A stretch of 64,000 nucleotides of DNA, taken from contig NC_043007.1 of assembly GCF_006345805.1 (NCBI RefSeq), positions 6,138,001 through 6,202,000 of the forward strand, in the 5' to 3' direction. This DNA comes from Octopus sinensis (lineage: Eukaryota). The notes beneath the pieces were generated by a model. That model was not told the DNA's origin. It made no database searches and was given only the letters and a program-made list of their open reading frames with translations. The position numbers and the translations under genes were made by a program. Below are positions 53,515 to 64,000 of this stretch, piece by piece (the stretch's first letter is position 1; every line of letters starts with the position of its first letter).

Positions 53515-54798
53515 TTTAAATAGCATAACTCTAATAAATTATAAATTTATAATTAGTTACTGTAGCCCCATAATTCTATTTCATAATTAAATAAATAAGG
53601 CTATTCCCTCGGTGATAATATGATTATCTTCATTAGGATAGACAATCCCCTAACACCTTGTAAATGATCTTATAAGATTTGACCTGTAGTCGGTCAATGT
53701 ATGAATAATAACGACAACTCCTTAAGACAATAAAATGAATAAATTAAATAAGTAAATTTTTAATGACTTTTTGATAAGATTATACTTAGATTTTCCTAAT
53801 GTATTTTCTGGTGATTTTAGCATCTGACCCTTAACCCCTGACTGTGTTATCTCTTTAGATTCTCTTTAAACTCATAGCTGATTTCAACAGCAATAAATTA
53901 ACGGTTTACTGGTCAAAGAATAATATTCCCCCTCCAATTCCTAGATGCCTGTTGATTAAAACCAGACTTACAGTCTACTAGCTCTACTGTATAACTAGAA
54001 CCCTCTTTTTTCTTTTTCTTTTTTTTCCCTTCTTTCCCTATTTCTTTCTCTTTTCTCTTTCTTCTTTTTCTTCTTCTTATTCTCTGTTTCCTTTTCTCTT
54101 CTCTTTTAGTCCCCCTTTCCCCCCCTTTTTTTGCTCCCTCCTCCATTATTTTCTCTCTTTTCTTCTATTCCCTTCTCTATTCTTGGCCGATCTAGTAAGC
54201 CCTTCAACCTTTAAGAGTTAAATAGCTACAGCCTCTTGTGAATAGCAGTAGTGTGATTAATATGGCAAACACCTAATCATATAACAAGGATTGGTACCTA
54301 CCTCATTGTGTTCAACCATTGTAAAATTTATCGCCTGTGAATATGAAATTCATCTCCATTTCTCTGGAAATTTACATCTACACCATTGGAATCTGTGCAT
54401 ATATACAAAGGATTAATTCACCCTCTCTGTAATGCTAATAACAATGGATAAATTTGTCTTCTGTGAGTATATAATCCCTCATCATATCTATGGAAATTCA
54501 TATGGATTAGGTCACCTTCTCTGTGATGCTATCAAAACTTTTTTAAAATTCTGTGATAAGACTATACATCATCTTTAAGGAACTTTAATGAACTTTAGAA
54601 ATCTGTTTAATTATCTACATTACTTCATGAGTATAGCCTCAAACACTAGGATGTCTAGAGAACTTACATGTATTTTAGCTGATGAGTACGGGACTCGTTT
54701 ATATGCTGTAATCTTTGCAACTTTTAATAAAACCTGTCCTTGTATGAAACGATCGTACTAAAAACCTATCCATTCTTGTTGCTTCTTTCTCGCTTATA
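53515..54798 (+). repeat. Right arm (3' UTR/pLTR)
   Basis: Partner of 50306-51580; includes a polypyrimidine tract (~54005-54180) and the HHR. Confidence 0.95.
54673..54763 (+). ncRNA. Type I hammerhead ribozyme with long stem II
   Basis: TTTTAG-CTGATGA-GTACGGGAC..GTCCTTGTAT-GAAA-CGATCG-TA-CTAAAA. Stem III is the palindrome ACGATCGT; cleavage after 54757. Confidence 0.85.
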
Positions 54799-54855
54799 TA
54801 TATATATATATATATACATTCATGCATATGTTTATGTAAATGTATATATATGCAC

Positions 54856-54904
<49 letters not shown>

Positions 54905-54949
54905 ATATTATATATATATATATATGTATACATATGTGTGTGTAGGTGT

Positions 54950-55313
54950 GTGTAAGATTGTTTACCAGCCACATGGTTTCGGGTTCAGCCCCACTGTGTG
55001 GCACCTTGGGCAAGTGTCTTCTACTATAGCCTCGGCCCGACCAAAGCCTTGTGAGTGGATCTAGTAGACGGAAACTGAAAGAAGCTCATTGTATATATAT
55101 ATATATATTTATATATACACACACATATATATTTGTGAGCTTGTGTGTGTGTGTATGTTTCTCCTCCTACCATCGCTTGCTGATTGATGTTGGTGTGTTC
55201 CCGTAACCTAGCTGTTCGGCAAAAGAAACCGATAGAATAAGTAATAGGCTTACAAAGAATAAGTGCTGGGTTCGATTTGTTGACTAAAAGGTGGTGCTCC
55301 AGTATGGCCAAAG

Positions 55314-55320
<7 letters not shown>
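54950..55320 (+). mobile_element. SINE family B
   Basis: ccacatggtttcgggttcagccccactgtgtggcaccttgggcaagtgtc..ggtggtgctccagtatggcc. Confidence 0.88.
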
Positions 55321-55354
<34 letters not shown>

Positions 55355-55355
55355 T

Positions 55356-55930
55356 GCAGTAAATCGAGTAGCCACATCTAATTGGCAGATAAATGTTACT
55401 ACTAGTTTAACCCCAGGCAGATTCTCCGCCAGCTGGTTATCAGTAAAAGCTCTGCACTCTTATATAGAATGCATCGCTTGAGGATCAGCGAACCCCCTAC
55501 TACACTCCAGTAGCTGACAGGATCGCGGGACCGGCCTTGGCTACTCGCTTTACTGCTCAGCATACCTCAGTACTCCATCTCTTCTTGAGATTTTGTAGTC
55601 CGCTTGTTGCGGATCAGTGACCGCTGGCAGAAGGGGATCTTGGCTATCACTCGATTGAGCAGATGCGCGCAGCTTGACATGAGCCAAGCAGGTCGAAACT
55701 GGCCGGTCCCGCGACCCTGTCAGCTACTGGAGGGTAGTAGGGGTTCGCTTCCCCTGCTAGCGATTTATTGTATATAGCGGTGCAGGGCTTGCACCGAAAA
55801 CCAGCTGGCAGAGGATCTGCCTGGGCTTAAAACCAGTTGTAACATTCAACTGCTACTTCGATGTCACTACTCGCTTTACTGCTTAATATACGTTACTACT
55901 CTATCTCAACACTGATTTTTAGTGGTGTTG
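55356..55930. mobile_element. GC-rich fold-back element (retrozyme-like unit plus inverted partial copy)
   Basis: Inverted arms 55356-55536 and 55701-55882; direct repeat ctactcgctttactgct at 55541 and 55867; degenerate HHR at 55666-55714. Confidence 0.6.
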
Positions 55931-56020
55931 ACACCACCGGATTGTCCCATGGCGTAGCTGATGGTGGAGGTATGATGGATTGTTGGTATGGTTGTGGTGT
56001 AGTAGTATAACACATCCTTT

Positions 56021-56058
<38 letters not shown>

Positions 56059-56257
56059 GGTGAATGAATTATCCTATGTTTATCGTCAGCATGGAAAATT
56101 CGTTTAACCGAAACCTGGGTAGCAAATTCACGTCAGAAAGCACGGTTTGCATAATGCACCCTTTATTCCTTCGGAATGAAAATATGCTGTCTTCGAAACA
56201 TGTGTCGAGAGTAAAGGAATTTTGTTAACAGCTTCGTTCGACTCCATTCTTTCATTT

Positions 56258-56322
<65 letters not shown>

Positions 56323-56479
56323 CATTTATTCCTAGTATTTATTCCATTGCCTTCTGTAAGTTGCAAGGAGGTTAACTAATCAACACAAGCTGTCAAGCAG
56401 TATCGGGAAATTGCTAGACAAAGATAAAAAGACAAACAGACAGACGCGCACACAAGCGCACGCAGGTTCACATTCACAT

Positions 56480-56640
56480 ACGCATACGTTGGGTTTCTAC
56501 ATAGCTTCTGTCAAGCAAATTGTTTCACAAAGTATTGTTTGGCTCAATCGCATAGTAGAAGGTAACTTCCCAAGGTTGCCGTTTAGTGGGATTGGACCGG
56601 AAGTCTAGTGGTCCCAATCAAGATTCGTAACCTCACTGCC
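56480..56640 (-). mobile_element. SINE family B 5' half, diverged
   Basis: gtttctacatag..atagtagaag..ttcccaaggttgccgt..agtggga. Confidence 0.6.
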
Positions 56641-56641
56641 A

Positions 56642-56703
<62 letters not shown>

Positions 56704-58368
56704 TAACCATAAAATGTTAGGCGTACAAGAGGTGAACATATTAATTTAACTACTTGACTTCCTCAGGATTACAGCCGTTTCATAGTATTCCTCCTGTAAT
56801 AATAATTACAGTGTATAATAGCTTATGTTTACTTATCTGCATTAATACGCATGCTATGCATTATACTATACAAGAGTATATTCACAAATCAATGGAAATA
56901 AAGAAAGCTAGTTCATGAGACCACCACCAGAAGATCATGGTTACACCAATGATTCAACTCTAAACATAATCATAAGATTTTATTTTTATATATGTATGAA
57001 AGACCAAGGCTGGATGGAATTAACTTGGTATGATCAATAAAATAAAGATATGTTGGCTCAGGAAGGAATTACAACCGTGTTTCGTGGTCTGCTACCACAA
57101 CAGCTCTTTTATAGGATCCAGTTAGCTCAAGGAGGTCCCTACTTCTCTACCGTTTGACGTGACGGGGCCCCCCTTTCGGAGGTGTCTTCAACTCTGGTGT
57201 TGGGTGCATGTCTTCTTTCTTCTTCTTTCTTCTGTTCCCTGGCCTCTTCGATGTATCGTCTGTGAGTGTCAGCCGGTGACTGACTGACTTGTCAAATCTA
57301 TCCCTTTAAATACCTGCCGCTAGGCTCTAGCAGGCAAGCCCCAATTAAGGTGCCAAATAGAAGTTTCGAGAATTGAACGTACTTAATGTCAATAAAAAGA
57401 AAATGGGATAAAGAGAGAAACAAAAATCGTTAAATTCAATCAACTGACAGGTTTATCATATTACTCAGCCTGTAGATTATTCTTCATATATTTTTACTTA
57501 TAGTTTCGACATCGATCACTGGTCGATTTGATGTAATTTGATCAGTTGTCTACCAAATAAATTGCCGTCGTCTTCTCAATCAAATTGGATCAAGTGAACA
57601 TTTGAAAAAATTTCACCAACTGTTCCCTTGATGAATTTCGATCTACTGCCCACAGGTTAAATTCGATCAACTGTTTATCTGATCAATCACGATTAACTGT
57701 CCCATTAATGAAATTCGATCAAATATCCATTAGCTGAACATCAGGTTCTATCCACTGTTCTCCAGTTGAAATACGCTTTTGCATTTATTCCTTAATTTTA
57801 TAAGATCCTTAATGTTATAAGATCTTATCGAAATTGCATATTACCCCGATCCAGATCGCCTCCATTCTAACCCATTTCTTCAAATCAATCCTATTTCTAA
57901 GAACTCCAATGAATTAATCATCACTACCCTCCCTCACCAACCCTAGCATCATTGTCACTGCTAACGAAGCAAACAATCTTAATGAATACAATACACTCGA
58001 ATACAGCCATTAACAAGCAAAAGACTTAAAGGTTGAAACAGACAAAGAACTGCGATCAAAGAAGTACAAAGACGAAAATTAATAAGACACCATTAATCAA
58101 AGATAATTTCTTTCATAATTTTATTGAACATTTACTGTGATTGCTGCGGATAGAATGCCATTATTTCTAATATTATGAGTTAGTTTGTCTGACGCAGAAC
58201 TTCGAATACTGATCATAAGAAGTCGGAAACTCTGGTTTAGTGAAAGCTTAATAAAAGAAAAGAAAAAGAATGTAGTAGTTTTTCGCATTGAATCACCCGT
58301 TTTGTCAGCTAATGATAATTCTGTAGCTTTGCTTCATCGTTTTATAAACTTTATATTTGGCAATTTGT

Positions 58369-58426
<58 letters not shown>

Positions 58427-59579
58427 TTATGAAACTTTGTTTCAAGATTCTTGATGTGAAAGAATATGTTGAAACAGATATAATTATATTTCGGGATGGT
58501 CATTACACATGCACTGTACATTTGTCCTTCACTCGCTTATTACTATTCTTATTTTATCTTAAGTCCAATGTCCATTGTTTGGAAATGAATATGAATTTAG
58601 AATTTTAAATTTCAATAAGTTTATACAATGCTCCGGATTATACAACTTCACACGGGAACATGTCATAATATTTACGTTGTATTTTTACCACCAGATATCA
58701 AGAGGTGATAGTAATATTGAAAGCCTACTGCGTATGGAAAACTTCTCCCCATGCCGTTGAAATCGAAATGTAATTAATGTTACAAAATTTTCTAAGGGCA
58801 TCAAAACATGCGTTGGAAATTATGAATAAACAGCGTGAGGCAATAGCAGCAATATGGAAGTTGATTTGAAAAATATATTTCATTACTGCGCAAACAAGTG
58901 TGGTGGGTTCTCTTCCTATCAGAGCAGCAACACCCATTATGTGAGAATAATGGCGACGGCAAAACAAATGAAATGGAGAGGCAAACGAATGTATTCTTAA
59001 TGAAGGAATTTGAAAATAGAAAACAAATGACAATGGATGAAGATTTGAACATAAAGAGAACGATGCAATTGTAAGGTGAATTTGAAAACGCACCCAGCTG
59101 CTGTAAAATCTTTTCACAAAGAGAAGAAGCGGAAACACCGAAACTAACATCTTTAATATATTTCAAGCAATAAGAAAAGTTAATTTATTTTCCAGTTTGT
59201 TATTGCAAGTATATTAATCTCGTAAAATATAAAACTGGCTAAAGTCATGTCTTCCTTTCTTGATTCACAGTAATTTTGTGCAAGTTTTATTCCATTAAGT
59301 TTTTCAGAAAATTAAAGAATTTGTACGAATTTGGAGACTTTACATATGCGTTCGAACTCTACTCTGCGAATGCCCGCACTCTACAATAATATCCCTGCAA
59401 ACGCATATATATTTGAATATGCATATAAGCATACACCTATATATATATATATATGTGTGTATATATATAGTTAGAGCAGTGCATCAGCAACAAAGTTAGC
59501 AGGATGAATGTGTATATAGGCGAAGGATCTGGAGGATAGGAGGAGAGAAAGAGGAAAAGAGAGAGAGAGATAGAGTCAA

Positions 59580-59810
59580 CTATATAAATACATGCGTGTG
59601 TGTGTGTCTTTGTCTGTGTCTGTCCTCCCGTACCATCGCTTGACGAACAGTGTTATGTTTACGTCCCTGTAACCTCGCCGTTCGGTCAAAAAAGCCGATA
59701 GAATATAAAAAAATATAAGTACTGGAGTAAATTATTCCGACTAAAATTCCTGAAGGTGGTTCCATCAGGATGGCTGCAGTCTAATAACTGAAACAAGTAA
59801 AAGATGACAG
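59580..59810 (+). mobile_element. SINE family B 3' half
   Basis: catcgcttgac..gtttacgtccc.gtaac..ggttcgg..gatagaata..tggctgcagtc..actgaaacaagtaaaag. Confidence 0.75.
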
Positions 59811-60997
59811 ATTAAGAGACATATACGCGTAATTAACATACATATATACATGTATGTTGTATGTAAGAATGTATGTACGTATGCATGTATGTGTGTATTT
59901 ATGCATGCATTTTTGTGTATAAAAACGACTACGTGTGTCCGTGTGTTGCATTCCCGTAGTAAGCAGGCGGATATACGTCTACGTGCTCATATTAATGTGT
60001 GCAGCATCCATGTAGGTATCTACATTTACGTGTGCATCCATCAATCAATAATTGTTTCTATTTATTTATGCATGCAGACATGCACTGCACAATTGTTCCA
60101 CAATCTCCTTATAGTACTGAGCTAGTGCCGTGCAGTTTTCATATCTCTTTCTCCAGAGCAAAAGAAAGAATTTAAAGTAACATATTTATGAAGCATTGTA
60201 GTAATTAAAGAAGAATTTGAAAACCTCAATGTTGAGAAAGTGCCAGATATATATTTTTTGCAACTTCATTTTATAGCTGGCGTAAACGTGCAGAAGAGTA
60301 TGCAACCGACAATGGAGATAATATTGTAAAGACTTAATTTATTTCTAAATAGTGGAATTTATATATGCAGTTTGTTTTGTTCCTTTGTTCTTTTTTTTTC
60401 TTTCCGTATTGCCTTCTTTTTCTGGCATGAACATTTTAAGTATCTCTTGAAGATCTGTGCAAATGCACACACACTCAGACACACATACTAACAGATACAT
60501 ACGCACACAAGCAAGAAACACACAAAGCGTTCGTACCATAAATACCAAAAATGTAAAAGAAACTGAAACTTATTATCAATATAAATTCCAATTCTCATTA
60601 CAGAAACTCAGCCAGACACACACACACTCTGGACACACATGCAGAACATACATATACTTCTATCCTTCTAAAAATATATTCACGCAAACACACGCTTACA
60701 CAAACATACACACGCACACATAGACACTCACATACACAAGTATACACACACATACGCACGCACAAATACTCATACAGACACATACTCACGCACACATACT
60801 CATACACATACAAACGCATGCACACATACACAAGCATAAACACACACACACATACACACATATAAAAATGTATTTGCATTTTGCATTCAACTGACAGAGT
60901 TGTTGAAGTGTTGGATAAATTGCTTCTTCTCCAATCGTTCTGGATCTCTGTAGTCTGGTTTCAAATCACACAGAGGTTAAATTTGCATTTCAACATT

Positions 60998-61360
60998 TCA
61001 CTTTCGACAAATATATGATAGCAATCGATGTATGGTTGAATGAACAAATCCATATTTCTTTGTTAGTTCCTCGAAAATTACGATGGGAGTTTGTTCCACC
61101 AGAGTTTGCAGGACATCCACGTTGAGCTCTATAGATCTTCCAGGACGTGACTCGTCTTCTTGGCTGCAGTTTCCGACTCGAAATTTCCGGAACCACCGTT
61201 GACACTGGCTTACGCTCATTGTCCAATCCCCATATCTTGCATTAATATTCCTCGCACTTTCCATTGCATAATGGAACTCATAAAGCAAAATATGCCGAAT
61301 TTGCTCCTTTGTCACTTCCATTATAGCTTTGAAAAAATAACTGTTAAAATCAAACTGCAC
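60998..61360 (-). mobile_element. Mariner transposase N-terminal (HTH) fragment
   Basis: MEVTKEQIRHILLYEF..ARNINARYG..SVSQCQRWFRKFRVGN..EDESRPGRSIE..LVEQ.P..EEL..HSTIHR. Confidence 0.88.
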
Positions 61361-61947
61361 TCTTCAAAACTTGTACTAAGAATAAGTACAAGGTAATATT
61401 ACTACCTGCTTTTAAAGCTAGTTGATGCAGGTAGTTTATCCTGATCCCCTCCGACTTTTAGTTCATGCATTTGACAAATCTGCAGTATTTGTGAGATGAT
61501 CCTTAATTCCATGTTAAGGTTACATGTTTTTGGGAGCTCACCTTATAGTTAACGGCTTTCCATGTTTGTATACTTTATAAAATATATAGAAAAATTCTCA
61601 TGTTTCAAAACTATTTCTAAATTACTTTGCAGCAATTTCTATTTTCATTCCGTACAGATTTCCATATATTTTCATCTTTTTATTCCATCTACTTTCATAT
61701 GTTCATTATGTTCACCACGTAAATTTTCTCTTCAGAGCTGTTATATTTTCTTAACAGCGCATTCTAAATTCTAAACGCAATCGAATTACATAACCATTTG
61801 TGCGAGTGTGCATATATATATATATGTAAATGCATACATGCATATATACATACAAACATATACACTCGTACATAGAAACACATAAACACAGACATTTTCC
61901 AACTGTTCACACACATGCACACACACACACATACATATATATATATA

Positions 61948-62003
<56 letters not shown>

Positions 62004-63129
62004 ACGTGTATAATTACACGTATACGCACACATAATTCACACACTCGCTCGCACACATACATATACATGCATGATAACGTCAGGAAAATCGAAATTTCGA
62101 AGCCATTGTTAACGTTCTCCTTGGGAAAAAATTATATACATTTACATCTAAAAGGTTTCTCGGATCAATTGTCATAAGACAGCAGATTATATACACCTTT
62201 CAGCTACAAACTATATTACTAACACTATATCTTTAAACAAGTTTAGCTCAGTGTATATCATGTTGAAAACGATGTTATATTCATTGCGCAACGACTCCTA
62301 TGTCCTGTATGTAAATTTATTTGTATTCATAAATAAGGTTTCCCATATTGAATTACCATACCTTGGAATAATATACTCACCTTCGTACAATGAAGTGTTT
62401 CTTCATAAATATTCTTTTCACAGTTTTGCTGTATATCGAAGTAAGAACACCCATCTTATGTATTGTATTCACATACATATCATGATTTGTCACAGCCTCA
62501 ACGATTATACTGAATTTTCAGCGGTTATCTTTAGCATTATCTGTAGTGCATGATCCTCGAATTCTATAGCTCGGCATTTTGAAATCACAGCTAATCTTAC
62601 TGACTTAAGTTTAGAATTGGTTGTTGTTTAAAGTAAATTGCTTGCCATCAAACATGTACATTTTAAATATGATAAAGTTAATGATGGGAAGAGAAAGCGA
62701 TTTTATAACTTGAATTTAGGATTACTATAAATCATCTGTATATGTATGTATTAGAAGAAATGAGGTACTCAGAAATTCGGGTGGTTTTATATTTACAGAT
62801 ATTTATTTGTATATTACAGGCTTTTATACATCGTATATCATATATTAGCGCTTTCGTCCATTCTAGTGGAGTTTTCAAATTGAACTAAGTTGAACTAATA
62901 TATACATTGTATGTATATATGTATGTATGCATGAAGTGTGTATGTATGCATGCATGAAGTGTGTATGTATGTATGCATGCATGAAATGTATTCAATGCTC
63001 TCGCTAATAAATCGACAGCACTTTTTGAGTTAAGAGTGTTCCCAGTCTTTGTGAATATGCGATTGAGTTGGGTTTTTTTTTGGACTGTCGATGCATACAT
63101 CCAAGTGTTTGCATCTATTCACATAAGAA

Positions 63130-63380
63130 CCTCAGATGGAGAGGCTTTGAAATGTCTTACAAATCTTCACTGGTCACGATGCAGGCTCTCTCAACCGCTT
63201 GATTGTGCGCTCGATTCTCTGACCCACGGGCGCGTTATATTCTTGAGCAAAGCACTTCATTTCACGTTCCTCCAGGCCACTCAGCCGTTAGCGGGTGACG
63301 CCGACTAACCTCCACATTCAGAGGGAATCTTCACCTGCTCACCTAGTCAATAGGTCAATCTGAGCCAAGCGGTTTTACTC
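63130..63380 (+). mobile_element. SINE family C-related, diverged
   Basis: gcgttatattcttgagcaaagcacttcatttcacgttcctccaggccactcagc matches the family C body. Confidence 0.6.
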
Positions 63381-63437
63381 TGCGTGCTTCAGCTTCGTTC
63401 CTCTAGCAACACTCCGGATAATTATTGATCAGATCTC

Positions 63438-63559
<122 letters not shown>

Positions 63560-64000
63560 ATGTAGGTAGGTATGTATACTGAATAAATTTTGAAACAAAA
63601 AGCGGAAAACAAGTCTTATCGTATATTCTCGGAATTTTCAGTTTGAAAATAATTCTTTGTCAAATAGCGATAGAGACACATAATAAGTAAAATATAACAG
63701 ACGGATGAACAGACATTTCGACTACATTTTTCAGAGGTCAAGTATCGTCATCATTGGCAGCAGCAGTTGTTATGATAGCAGCACTGGAATCTTCTTACCT
63801 AACCGACAGTAGACAAATTGACAAGATACCTTTTATCTCTGAGACGAAACCAGTTGATTTAAGAGAAAATATAATATAATTATTATCTCATTTCATCTTG
63901 TCTGGAAGACTTGGAGTATTACATATACGTTTTCTTTCTATTCTAAGATGAAATTCGAAGCACTGTGACGAAATTTAAAATTTGAACAGCTTTGGAAACA

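Larger units (their letters stand above)
50196..54798 (+). mobile_element. 5'-truncated Penelope-like element with inverted pseudo-LTR arms
   Basis: PLE RT-thumb and GIY-YIG ORF remnant flanked by ~1.28-kb inverted repeats carrying HHRs; (TA)n on both sides. Confidence 0.9.

Overview
AT-rich, microsatellite-saturated eukaryotic DNA. The SINE families and the (TA)n/(CA)n/(CATA)n density resemble an octopus (coleoid cephalopod) genome; this is inference. I cannot identify any intact host protein-coding gene, and nearly all ORFs in the supplied track are microsatellite read-throughs. The window is a mosaic of tRNA-derived SINEs (about four modular families), LINE fragments (RTE-X, RTE, CR1-like, R4/Dong-like), mariner and hAT-like transposase relics, and four Penelope-like element (PLE) GIY-YIG fragments. 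The main signal is a set of self-cleaving hammerhead ribozyme (HHR) retroelements. The largest is a ~4.6 kb PLE (50196-54798) with ~1.28 kb near-identical inverted terminal arms, each carrying a type I HHR, and Asn-rich expansions in its ORF. Two solo ~0.4-0.5 kb HHR modules sit at 22579 and 42907. A tRNA-headed, SINE-like element carrying an HHR lies in a head-to-head palindrome (25655-26150). A GC-rich ~330-bp retrozyme-like unit with an inverted partial copy lies at 55356-55930. Most of these are inserted at TA microsatellites, and several show 5' inversions.
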